Of a stretch of 64,000 bases of DNA, positions 1-8,263 are shown one piece after another. Under the pieces are notes generated by a model. It was not told where the DNA came from. It made no database searches and saw only the letters and a list, made by a program, of their open reading frames with translations. The translations under genes and the position numbers were made by a program. Position 1 is the first letter of the stretch. Each line of letters starts with the position of its first letter. The DNA comes from Vulcanimicrobiota bacterium (GTDB lineage: Bacteria > Vulcanimicrobiota > Xenobia > Xenobiales > JADMJV01). The DNA lies in assembly GCA_023447635.1 (NCBI GenBank), contig JAEXNA010000219.1, forward strand, positions 27,678 to 91,677, written 5' to 3'.

Positions 1-1357
1 GTTCGACCGCCTCTCCCTCGGGCCGAGGGTTGTTCAGCCAGAGCACGTAGCCCGGTTCGCCGATCTCGACGAAACGGTCACCGATGCGCAGGCTAAATTC
101 GACGTAGCCTTCCTTCTTCGGCTCGTTGAAGAAGTGCTCGGTGCTTTGCAGATAGCCGCCCATCGCGACCAACCATTCGCGCAGGGTAGTGACGTGCTTC
201 TCGAACTCGACCTTGCAGACTTCCGGGTCCTCTAGCTCTCCGTAACCGGGTTCGAGTTGGCACCAGCCCGACAGCTGTCCGTTGAGGGCTAGAATCTCGG
301 TGTGCCAACGCGGCACGAACTCGAACAGTTCGTTGCGCCGGTAGAAGATGTTGATCACCGTCTTGGCAGCCAGGGAATCCGGCATACGACGCAGCGACTC
401 GAGACAGACGTTGAGCAGCTTTTCCGAGGCCGAGATCGACTGGTCGTTGTCGATGTAAGGCAGCGCCGACTTGGGCAGGGTGCCCAGCTCTTCGCAGACT
501 TTGGCGGTAACGCCGGCAAAGTAGCGAATCAAAAACTCCAGAGCGTTGCGTAGCTCGAGGCAGCCGGCCACCGCATTTTCGGCCTGCATGGCCGAAGCCA
601 AACGGTCGAGGATGGCGGTCAGATAGCTGGGCGCCTTCTGGGGAACGAAAAAGTAGAGGGGCCGTTCATACAGCGAGACGGGTACATCGATCTCTTTGTC
701 CGGAATACAGAGAGGGCAGGACGAGACCTCGATGCGCTTCCCCGCCGTCAGCGTCTGGTTACCCAGTTGGACTTTCAGGCTCTGATGCCCGTCCTGGGTG
801 GTCCTTTCGGAAACGATGGCCGCGTGGGTGAAAAGGGCCGCCGAAGACTCCAGCCATTCCCGCAGGTAAGGGATGTAATGGCGAACCTCTTCCACGCACT
901 TCTTGCGGATCGGGATCTGGGCCGCCATGAACTTGTCCAGCGACATCGTGCCGCGGCGAGGCTTGCCACCGATCTCTAGCAGGCGAGCAAACTTCTTGGG
1001 AGCGCCCCCTTCAAAGAAGCAGTCGATCAGGGCGCGGACTTCTGGCAGGTCCGCGGGAGCGTCGTGCTGCAAGAACTCGACGCCCTTGCGGATCGCCTCG
1101 ACCGCCTCGGCGGTGTCGCCCCGATCGCGGTAGTTGAACTTCAGCTCGCCAAAGACCGACGCCACGCCCTCGACCAGGTCGGCCGTGTAGGCCGCCAGGA
1201 AAGCAAACGCCTTCTTCAGGACGCGGAGAGATGTTCCCGGAGCGTCCTGATCCAAAGAGTCGTTGAGCTCATCGAGAATATGCTCGAGATGTGAAGGGGA
1301 GCCTGGAGGCAAGCTTCGCACACCAAGCTCTTTTGCTGTTAATACAACCTCAGCCAT
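1..1357 (-). CDS. partial CDS (3' end lies beyond window start): paralog of the N-terminal ~450 aa of the 1023-aa protein at 4935..8006
   Basis: Absent from the ORF track because it runs off the window edge. My translation from ATG ~1357 (MAEVVLTAKELGVRSLPPGSPSHLEHILDELNDSLDQDAPGTSLRVLKKAFAFLAAYTADLVEGVASVFGELKF...WHTEILALNGQLSGWCQLEPGYGELEDPEVCK...) stays open to position 1. It aligns colinearly with residues 1-~450 of 4935..8006. DNA of ~1-1357 is visibly similar to ~6650-8006. Confidence 0.6.
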   Translation of the reverse strand, partial: MAEVVLTAKELGVRSLPPGSPSHLEHILDELNDSLDQDAPGTSLRVLKKAFAFLAAYTADLVEGVASVFGELKFNYRDRGDTAEAVEAIRKGVEFLQHDAPADLPEVRALIDCFFEGGAPKKFARLLEIGGKPRRGTMSLDKFMAAQIPIRKKCVEEVRHYIPYLREWLESSAALFTHAAIVSERTTQDGHQSLKVQLGNQTLTAGKRIEVSSCPLCIPDKEIDVPVSLYERPLYFFVPQKAPSYLTAILDRLASAMQAENAVAGCLELRNALEFLIRYFAGVTAKVCEELGTLPKSALPYIDNDQSISASEKLLNVCLESLRRMPDSLAAKTVINIFYRRNELFEFVPRWHTEILALNGQLSGWCQLEPGYGELEDPEVCKVEFEKHVTTLREWLVAMGGYLQSTEHFFNEPKKEGYVEFSLRIGDRFVEIGEPGYVLWLNNPRPEGEAVE

Positions 1358-1475
1358 CGTAAAAGGCACGCCACAGACGGCGTGGCTGACCTACCGCTTT
1401 CTCGATACCCCGGAAAAGAAACCCACTAAAGACGGCGGTTCTCCTCGCGCGGAGCGAATCCCCCTAAAATAAGGG

Positions 1476-2459
1476 CTAGTGCTGGAACTGTTGCTCGAAG
1501 GGAGAATAGGGATCGACTACCGGGGTATATCCCAGTCGTTGGCGGGCTTGCTCGATCGAGTAGGTGTGCGAGCACCCTAGTTGCAGGGCGGAAAAGCGAG
1601 TCAGCCGCGGCTCGCCGGAAAGGCGGAGAAGTCGGTAGAGCCACTGCAGTCCGGTTCCCAACAGCACGGCCTTACGAAGGCCCAGGGAAAGTCGAACTCC
1701 TGGCAGCCCTTTCCAGGCCAGCACCTGCTCCAACCAGTCCCATAACAGGACCGGTTGGCCCGAGGTGATGAAATAGGGGCGCCCCCAGATTTCGGCGTCC
1801 TCGCGCCGGTCGAGAGCGGCCAGATGAGCGGCCACCGTATCGGCGATATGGGTGACGTCGACCCGGTTGAGCCCGTCGCCCACCCGAATCAAACCCGAAC
1901 GTGACGCCGCCGCCTCGAACACTCGAGGGAGCAGATGGGGGTCTCCCGGTCCGTAGATAAGATGCGGGCGCAGCGCCAGCGTTTGCAAAGCCCCGTCTCC
2001 GTGAGCAGCCAGCACGGCTTTTTCCGACAAGATCTTCGTCATGCAGTACGGGTTCAGCGGCGCTCGAGAATAGGGGGTGGTCTCATCGATGTCGACTTCC
2101 GAGTGCCCTGAGAAGGTGACCGACGGGGACGAGGTGTGAACGAAATATCGAACCGTGTTCTGCCGTGCCGACGCAAGCAGATTCTCCGTGGCCACCACGT
2201 TGGCGTCGTGATAGTCGCTGTAGGCGCCCCAAATTCCGGCTTTCGCGGCGGTGTGAAAGATCAGGTCGACCCCTTCGCCCAGAGGCAGAACCGCCTCCCG
2301 GTCTCGCAAGTCGACCCGGGCCACGGTCACCCCCAGCGCTTCCAGGTCGGGGGCCGGGCGACGGGCCGTCGCGATCACCTCGTGGCCTCCCCTCTCGACC
2401 AGGGCCCTGGTCAGAGCCCCGCCCAGGAACCCCTGACCTCCGCTGACCAGGATCCTCAA
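1476..2459 (-). CDS. oleD: OleD-like NAD(P)H-dependent reductase (3-beta-HSD / NAD-dependent epimerase-dehydratase family)
   Basis: N-terminal Rossmann motif MRILVSGGQGFLGGAL, YxxxK catalytic motif (PYCMTKILSEK), ~327 aa. Its start overlaps the oleC-like stop by 4 nt (2456..2459). It follows oleB- and oleC-like genes, i.e. the canonical oleBCD order. Confidence 0.8.
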   Translation of the reverse strand: MRILVSGGQGFLGGALTRALVERGGHEVIATARRPAPDLEALGVTVARVDLRDREAVLPLGEGVDLIFHTAAKAGIWGAYSDYHDANVVATENLLASARQNTVRYFVHTSSPSVTFSGHSEVDIDETTPYSRAPLNPYCMTKILSEKAVLAAHGDGALQTLALRPHLIYGPGDPHLLPRVFEAAASRSGLIRVGDGLNRVDVTHIADTVAAHLAALDRREDAEIWGRPYFITSGQPVLLWDWLEQVLAWKGLPGVRLSLGLRKAVLLGTGLQWLYRLLRLSGEPRLTRFSALQLGCSHTYSIEQARQRLGYTPVVDPYSPFEQQFQH

Positions 2460-4039
2460 GACCGATGTCTCTTGGCCCAGACGCTGAGCTCTTCTCGGTG
2501 AATCTTGGCGTTATGACGCGGGTCCACCGGCAGAGCCGGGTGGAACATGACCTGGGTGATCCCCGCGTAGGTAGGCACCTGATGGAGTAGCGCCAGGCAC
2601 TCCCGCGCCAGAACTTCGTCCCGCGAGCGGGAGCCCGCTCGCTTTTCAACCACCAGGACAGGGCGTTCACGGCCGTCGACTAAGGCGACGCGTTCGACTT
2701 CGGGGTGGGGCAGGACCAGCGCCTCGCCGGGAAGCGGATAGATCGGCTCTAAACCGGGACGTATAGGCGGCACCGTATGACTTTTTCGGCCGACCAGCCA
2801 GAGGCGTCCGAGGTCATCAAAGTAGGCCAGGTCGCCCATCAGATGCCAGACCCCTTGCTCGCTGATCACTTTGCTTACCGCCGTCGCCTCGGGCTTGCGG
2901 AAATAAGCTTCGGTCACGACCGGTCCCCGCACCGCGACTTCTCCTACTGCCCCGGCCGGCAGCGGTTCGACGCTGCGGTTTTCCGGGTCGCCGCCCTCGC
3001 TGTCGACCACCCGGACCTCGTTGAGGTTCAGCGGTCGGCCCACGCAAAGCCCCGCTCCCTGGTGGTTGCGAGCGGTTTTGGTCGTCAGCAGTTCGGACGC
3101 CTCGATGTCCGTCACGGGAAGCGCCTCGGTGGCCCCGTACGGAGTGTGGATCTTGGCGTTAGGCGCAATCTGCTGCCAGCTTTCGATAAAATCGAACGGG
3201 ATCGGCGCCCCGAAAGTGATCAAACGACGAACCGTGGGAAGCGTGATCTTCCGACGCAGGCATTCGGCGGCCACGCGTTTCCAGATGGCCGGGGAGCCTT
3301 GCAGAGAGGTCACTCCGTGCTCATGGATCTGAGCCACCAGTTCGCCCGGGCGGCACTGCGCCGGTCGACTCGGGTCCAGTGCGGGGACGACTCCGGTGAC
3401 TCCGAGCGCGGCCGAGAAAAGTCCGAACAGAGGGAAGCCGGGCAGATCGATATCGTCGTCACGGAACTGATAGACGTCCCGCAAAACTTCCACCTGGCGA
3501 CAGAAAATGCCGTGGGTGTAAACCACCCCTTTGGCCGGTCCCGTGCTGCCCGAGGTAAAGAGCACCGCCGCCATACCCGAAGCCGACGCCTCGGCAACGG
3601 GAACCTGAGCGTCCAGGCTGCCCCGACGCAGGTCGGGCACTTCGGGGAAGTGCCCCCAGCAAGCCATCACCTTGACGGTACGAAACGGCTTCGGCGCCAG
3701 TCGGCGCAGAGCGAAAGCGCGAGGGATCCCGAGCAGCGCTTCGGGCTTGACCTCGTCCACTACCTTGAGAAATCGGCCCAGCCCCATACCAGGGTCGATC
3801 AGAATCGGCACCACTCCGATCTTGAAAAGGGCAAACACGCTGGCCACGAATTCTGCCGAGTTCCGCATCAACACCAAACAGGTGACGCCTGGCTCGAAGC
3901 CGATTTTGCGAAGGCGACATGCCTGCCGGTCGACCTCGCCCCAAAGCCGGGCGAAGGTGAAGCGTCGGGACTTATCGACCAGCGCCAGGCTGTTGGTTCG
4001 AGAACGCGCGGTCTGTTCGAAGATCTCGACGATATTCAA
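2456..4039 (-). CDS. oleC: OleC-like AMP-dependent synthetase/ligase (beta-lactone synthetase family)
   Basis: AMP-binding signature LFTSGSTGPAKGVVYTHG, 527 aa. 4-nt overlaps with the oleB-like gene upstream and the oleD-like gene downstream. Confidence 0.8.
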   Translation of the reverse strand: MNIVEIFEQTARSRTNSLALVDKSRRFTFARLWGEVDRQACRLRKIGFEPGVTCLVLMRNSAEFVASVFALFKIGVVPILIDPGMGLGRFLKVVDEVKPEALLGIPRAFALRRLAPKPFRTVKVMACWGHFPEVPDLRRGSLDAQVPVAEASASGMAAVLFTSGSTGPAKGVVYTHGIFCRQVEVLRDVYQFRDDDIDLPGFPLFGLFSAALGVTGVVPALDPSRPAQCRPGELVAQIHEHGVTSLQGSPAIWKRVAAECLRRKITLPTVRRLITFGAPIPFDFIESWQQIAPNAKIHTPYGATEALPVTDIEASELLTTKTARNHQGAGLCVGRPLNLNEVRVVDSEGGDPENRSVEPLPAGAVGEVAVRGPVVTEAYFRKPEATAVSKVISEQGVWHLMGDLAYFDDLGRLWLVGRKSHTVPPIRPGLEPIYPLPGEALVLPHPEVERVALVDGRERPVLVVEKRAGSRSRDEVLARECLALLHQVPTYAGITQVMFHPALPVDPRHNAKIHREELSVWAKRHRS

Positions 4040-4938
4040 GGAAAGGCGGCCTCGATCTCGGCGATCACGCGCTCCGGCGCTTCCTCCGTCAGCAGATGGC
4101 CGCAGTCAGGATAGCTGCGCCCCCGAGCGTGGGGGAAGAAGTCGAAGAAGCGGGTCATGAAGTGAGGGGTGAAGACCCAGTCCTTCTCGCCCCAGAGCAG
4201 CAGGGTGGGAAGCTCTTTGAGCTTCTCCAGGTTTTCCTCGACCCGGGTCAGTTCGGCATAGGAGGGGTGCGCTTCGTCGAGCGGGATGTCGGCCACGAAA
4301 CGATAGGTGGCGATGCGACTGGCCCATGAATCGTAAGGTAACAGGAAGCCTTGCTTGGCCGCCGGGGTGATCCGGTCGGGATCGGCCGCGCCCAGGGTCG
4401 GGGTCAGCCCCGCAAAAGCGTTGAAGCCGCGAATCAGCAGTTGGCCCACGCTGGCCGTCCGCGCGACCTTGAGCAACCAGGGCATCCGCTGGCTGCGGAA
4501 GGCCGCCGTGTTGCCGATCACCAGTTGAGAGAAACGCTCCGGATGGCGCCCAGCGACGCCCAGGCCGATGGCCCCGCCCCAATCGTGCACCATCAGACGG
4601 ATGTTCTTCAGGTCGAGATGGAGCACCAACTCTTCGAGATGGTCGATATGCTGCTCCAGGCGATACTCGAAGTCCTGAGGCTTATCCGAGAGACCACAGC
4701 CGATGTGGTCACAGGCGACGGTTCGCATGCGATCGGAAAAATGGGCCAGCGGCTTTCGGTAGTAAAACGACCAGGTCGGGTTGCCGTGCACGAAGAGAAA
4801 CGGCTGACCTTCTCCCTGGTCGACATAATGCATGGTGTGTCCCGAACGCAGCCGATAGAACTTGGACTCGAAGGGGTACTCTTCTCTGACGGCCGGAGGC
4901 AGAGTGGAGGCAGCGCCTCCCGGGTTAGTAACGGTCAC
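4036..4938 (-). CDS. oleB: OleB-like alpha/beta-hydrolase (haloalkane-dehalogenase-like)
   Basis: HGNPTWSFYYR motif (the haloalkane-dehalogenase/OleB HGNPT signature), nucleophile elbow VHDWGGAIG, 300 aa. Its GTG start overlaps the TGA of the upstream 1023-aa gene (GTGA). Confidence 0.8.
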   Translation of the reverse strand: MTVTNPGGAASTLPPAVREEYPFESKFYRLRSGHTMHYVDQGEGQPFLFVHGNPTWSFYYRKPLAHFSDRMRTVACDHIGCGLSDKPQDFEYRLEQHIDHLEELVLHLDLKNIRLMVHDWGGAIGLGVAGRHPERFSQLVIGNTAAFRSQRMPWLLKVARTASVGQLLIRGFNAFAGLTPTLGAADPDRITPAAKQGFLLPYDSWASRIATYRFVADIPLDEAHPSYAELTRVEENLEKLKELPTLLLWGEKDWVFTPHFMTRFFDFFPHARGRSYPDCGHLLTEEAPERVIAEIEAAFP

Positions 4939-7900
4939 GCGGAAACTCCCAGCAAAATGGTTGTAAAGAAGATGAACCAGGCCGCCACGGTGATGCTCTT
5001 GCGAACGGTGGGGTTAAGGAAAAGATCGTCGAGTTTTTGAGTCAACGACATCTCCTGATAATACGTCGCGCCGAAGTTCAGGCCAATAAAATATAGGTAC
5101 AGCCCGTAAAAGTCCATCCCTGGGAAGTCGGAAGACGAGGAAAAGAAGTTCGAGAGCACCGGGGTAAACATACAGACGCCAACAAAAATCGAGGGAAGGA
5201 TCATCATGACTACCCGCCGCTTTTCGAGCAGCTCCTGGGTGCTCGGCGGCATCCGACGATAGGCTCGCGCCACCAGAATCGGGACCAGGCCGGCTATCGC
5301 CAGATAGAGGTAGCCCACCAACTGGGAAGGCGCGACCACCCTGCCGTAAGCGTCGGGAGCGTCTTGAATGAGGCGTAGGGTTTCGTAGCCTCGCCCCAGC
5401 ATTTCGGTCAAGGCTCCGTTCATCCATGCCGAAGCAGCATGGAAAGCCGTGACCAGTGCCGACAGCAGCACCAGGTTGGGGATCAGCAGTTTGAACACCC
5501 CAAAACCTTTGCTGACCGGACGCGCCTTGGCCTGACCGATCATCTCATAAACCGAGATCGTGCGCTCTTCGTGCGCCGTTTTGAGCAAAATGAAGACTTC
5601 GTGGGTGTCGGGCAGTTCGTCGGTGTCGACCCAGTACGACAGCTGCACCTTGTTACCACGGAAGCGCGCCGGCTCGACCTCGATGCAGTCGTCGGTCGTG
5701 GTGGCCGCCCCCGACAGCGTGCCTCCTCCGGCGTTGGTCAGCACGATGTAGCCCGCCGCGCACGTTTTGCCCTTCGAGTTGGGCCGATCGCCGATCAGAT
5801 CGACGCGATGGACCAGGAAAGGACGCTCTTTCTCTCTTTCCTCCGGCGTCTTCTTACGGGTGGGAACGTCGACCAGGTCTTCATCGAAAGCGAGGTCGGG
5901 CGGGGGCAGTTCTGGCGCCTCGATGTCCGGCACCTGATCCGCTCCGGGGCGGATGTAAAAGGTGTAGTCCGGCGCCACCAGTTCCAGATAGATATCCGAG
6001 TATTCGATGACCAACTCGGTGCGCCCCGTCTTATCCGGCGGCTCTTCGTGGTGCTGGCACTCCCGGAAGAACGGTCCGGCCATGGCCATCCAGTCCTGCA
6101 AGGTCGGCATGAAGCGCTCGAGCTCTCGCTTGGCTCGTGCCGGGCTCGAGAGCACACCAACGCCTGCCACCAACGAGCAGAACTGAGCCAGATTCTGCAT
6201 CTTGCTCGACGGATCCGCATCGAGGGCTAGCAGTCGCGCGTGCGCGCCCGTCGGCTTCTCTTCGTGGGAGAGCTCTTCTTCGTAGTAGAAGACGTTGCGG
6301 ACGGCGTGCCCTAACTTCTCTTCCCCCTCACGTCCGATCGAGCGAAGCGCCAGGATCAGCAGCTTCTCGCAGTCGTGGATGGACAGCGAGGATTCGGCCA
6401 GCTTCTCGGCCTCGGGCGGCAGAGTACCCAAACGGCGGAACGCCGCCGCGGCCACACCCGCAAAATATCGGGTCAAGTAGTCCAGCGAATCGCGCAGCGA
6501 GGCGCACGACTCGACCGGGTCGCCCAGCCGCAGATAGAGGTCCATGCGGGTGAGAATTCGCTCTAAAACCTTGGGGCAGTGGGGCGGAATCTCCAGCGAT
6601 TCGCGGATCAGCGGCTTAGCCGCGACAACTTCCCCTTCGCTCTCCTCGATGACCCCCTCACCTTCCGGGCGAGGGTTGTTCAGCCAGAGCAAGTATCCGG
6701 GCTCGCCTACCTCGACGAAACGGTCGCCGATGCGTAGGGAGAACTCGACACTGCCGTCCGGTCGCGGCTCGTTGAAGAAGTGTTCGGTGCTTTGCAGGTA
6801 GCCGCCCAGCGCGACCAGCCACTCTCGCAGAGTGGGGACGTGCTTTTCGAACTCGAGTTTGCAGACCTCGGGGTCTTCGAGCTCACCGTAGCCAGGCTCG
6901 AGTTGGCACCAGCCGGCAAGCTGACCGTGCAGGGCTAGAATCTGGGTGTGCCAGCGAGGGACGAAGGCAAAGTGCTCGTTACGCCGGTAGAAGATACCGG
7001 TCAGCGTCTTGGCGGCCAGCGAGTCGGGCATCCGTCGCAAAGCCTCGAGGCTATAGTTCAATAGCGCTTCCGACGACGACACCGAGGCGCTGTTATCGAG
7101 CAGCGGTACGGCCGCTCGAGGCAAGGTGTTCAGGTCCTCGCACACCTTGGAGGCGACGCCCGCGAAGTAGCGGATAAGGAACTCCAGGGCGTTGCGAAGT
7201 TCAAGACAGCCAGCCACCGCGTCCTTGGCCCTCATGGCTTCGTCCAGCCGGTCCAAAATGGTGGAAAGAAACTTCGGCGCCTTCTGAGGGACAAAGAAGT
7301 AGACCGGACGCTCGTAGAGCGAAAGCGGGACGTCGATCTCCTTCTCCGGGATACAGAGCGGGCAGGACGACACCTCGATCCGCTTGCCCGCCACGATCGT
7401 CTGCTTGCCCAGCTCGACCCGGATCGACTGATGCCCTTGCAGCGAAGTCCGCTCCGAGATGATGCGAGCGGCAGAAAACAGCGGAGTCAGGTTCTCCAGC
7501 CACTCGCGCAAGTAAGGCGTGTAGTGGCGAACTTCTTGAACGCACTTCTTACGCACCGGGATCGGCGCTTCCAGAAACCGGTCCAACGCCATCGTGCCAC
7601 GTCGGGGCTTGCCGCCGATCTCGAGCAGCCTGGCGAACTTCTTCGGAGTCCCCGCGTCATAGAAGCAGTCGACCAGAGCGCGAACTTCGGGCAGTTCTCC
7701 CGGCGCGTCGGCCTGCAGGAAAGCCAACCCCCGACGTAAGGTATCGACCGTCTCTTCGATATCGCCGCGCTTCTTGAACTTGAACTTCAGCTCGCCAAAA
7801 ACCGAGGCGACGCCTTCCACCAGGTCGGCCAGGTAGCAAGAGATAAACCCCAAAGTGCGCTTGAGCACCCGCAGCGAGGTGCCGGGAGCATCCAGGTCCA

Positions 7901-8006
7901 GCGATTCGTTGAGCTCGTCGAGCAGATGCTCGAGATGTGCCGGGGCGCCCGGATAAAGCGTGGGGACGCCCAGCTCCCTGGCTGTCAGAGCCTCCTCTAC
8001 CGCCAC
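4935..8006 (-). CDS. large hypothetical protein: internally duplicated N-terminal modules, a beta-rich middle segment, and a C-terminal ~5-TM membrane anchor; no family recognised
   Basis: 1023-aa ORF with SD-like GAGAGGA ~12 nt upstream of the ATG. Residues ~230-300 (LSTILDRLDEAMRAKDAVAGCLELRNALEFLIRYFAGVASKV) recur at ~490-560 (CPKVLERILTRMDLYLRLGDPVESCASLRDSLDYLTRYFAGVAAAAF). Residues ~395-450 recur at ~640-700. C-terminal hydrophobic helices include FKLLIPNLVLLSALVTAF, LVGYLYLAIAGLVPILV, VVMMILPSIFVGVCMF, YGLYLYFIGLNFG, ITVAAWFIFFTTILLGV. Translationally coupled to oleB. Confidence 0.7.
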   Translation of the reverse strand: MAVEEALTARELGVPTLYPGAPAHLEHLLDELNESLDLDAPGTSLRVLKRTLGFISCYLADLVEGVASVFGELKFKFKKRGDIEETVDTLRRGLAFLQADAPGELPEVRALVDCFYDAGTPKKFARLLEIGGKPRRGTMALDRFLEAPIPVRKKCVQEVRHYTPYLREWLENLTPLFSAARIISERTSLQGHQSIRVELGKQTIVAGKRIEVSSCPLCIPEKEIDVPLSLYERPVYFFVPQKAPKFLSTILDRLDEAMRAKDAVAGCLELRNALEFLIRYFAGVASKVCEDLNTLPRAAVPLLDNSASVSSSEALLNYSLEALRRMPDSLAAKTLTGIFYRRNEHFAFVPRWHTQILALHGQLAGWCQLEPGYGELEDPEVCKLEFEKHVPTLREWLVALGGYLQSTEHFFNEPRPDGSVEFSLRIGDRFVEVGEPGYLLWLNNPRPEGEGVIEESEGEVVAAKPLIRESLEIPPHCPKVLERILTRMDLYLRLGDPVESCASLRDSLDYLTRYFAGVAAAAFRRLGTLPPEAEKLAESSLSIHDCEKLLILALRSIGREGEEKLGHAVRNVFYYEEELSHEEKPTGAHARLLALDADPSSKMQNLAQFCSLVAGVGVLSSPARAKRELERFMPTLQDWMAMAGPFFRECQHHEEPPDKTGRTELVIEYSDIYLELVAPDYTFYIRPGADQVPDIEAPELPPPDLAFDEDLVDVPTRKKTPEEREKERPFLVHRVDLIGDRPNSKGKTCAAGYIVLTNAGGGTLSGAATTTDDCIEVEPARFRGNKVQLSYWVDTDELPDTHEVFILLKTAHEERTISVYEMIGQAKARPVSKGFGVFKLLIPNLVLLSALVTAFHAASAWMNGALTEMLGRGYETLRLIQDAPDAYGRVVAPSQLVGYLYLAIAGLVPILVARAYRRMPPSTQELLEKRRVVMMILPSIFVGVCMFTPVLSNFFSSSSDFPGMDFYGLYLYFIGLNFGATYYQEMSLTQKLDDLFLNPTVRKSITVAAWFIFFTTILLGVSA

Positions 8007-8263
8007 GCTCGAAATCCTCTCACAGCCTTCTCAGGCCGTCCTGAAGGGACGGAGTACGAAGCTTCTCTGAGACAACTCTGCTGCACCACGATATATTGAA
8101 CTCCCCCGGGCGAGATTTGCTCCGCTCTGACCGAACGCCACCGGCCAGGGGCACAACCCCGGGTTAGTGGCTTCTCCTCAGAGAAAGGGATTCCCCCGAC
8201 GCTAGTAGTTAGATACCGTTCGCCGGGAGAGGTATCAGCCGTTTAGACTGTTCTCGGAGTAGC

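Noticed and set aside
1142-1357. Suspected frameshift/pseudogene in the X' paralog at the window start
   Set aside because: At first a missing base near ~1200 seemed to break the frame. Recounting the sequence line showed gcc-agg-aaa-gca, so the frame is intact and the alignment to the 1023-aa protein continues without interruption to position 1. The ORF is missing from the track only because it runs off the window edge.
2777-4114. 445-aa plus-strand ORF antisense to the oleC-like gene; similar long antisense ORFs at 8579..10036, 10151..11236, 17393..19387, 20603..21412, 22388..24514, 19227..20369, 25876..26583 and 41616..42599
   Set aside because: All lie opposite confidently assigned genes with strong domain signatures. 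Their translations are Arg/Gly/Ala/Pro-rich low-complexity strings typical of the antisense frames of high-GC coding DNA. None has motifs or sensible starts.
8211-8240. GATACC-N14-GGTATC inverted repeat just downstream of the pfaC stop
   Set aside because: It could be a terminator or operator in the 257-bp pfaC/X intergenic region. The arms are only 6 bp, there is no U-tract, and similar short inverted repeats occur by chance at this GC content. Noted but not called.
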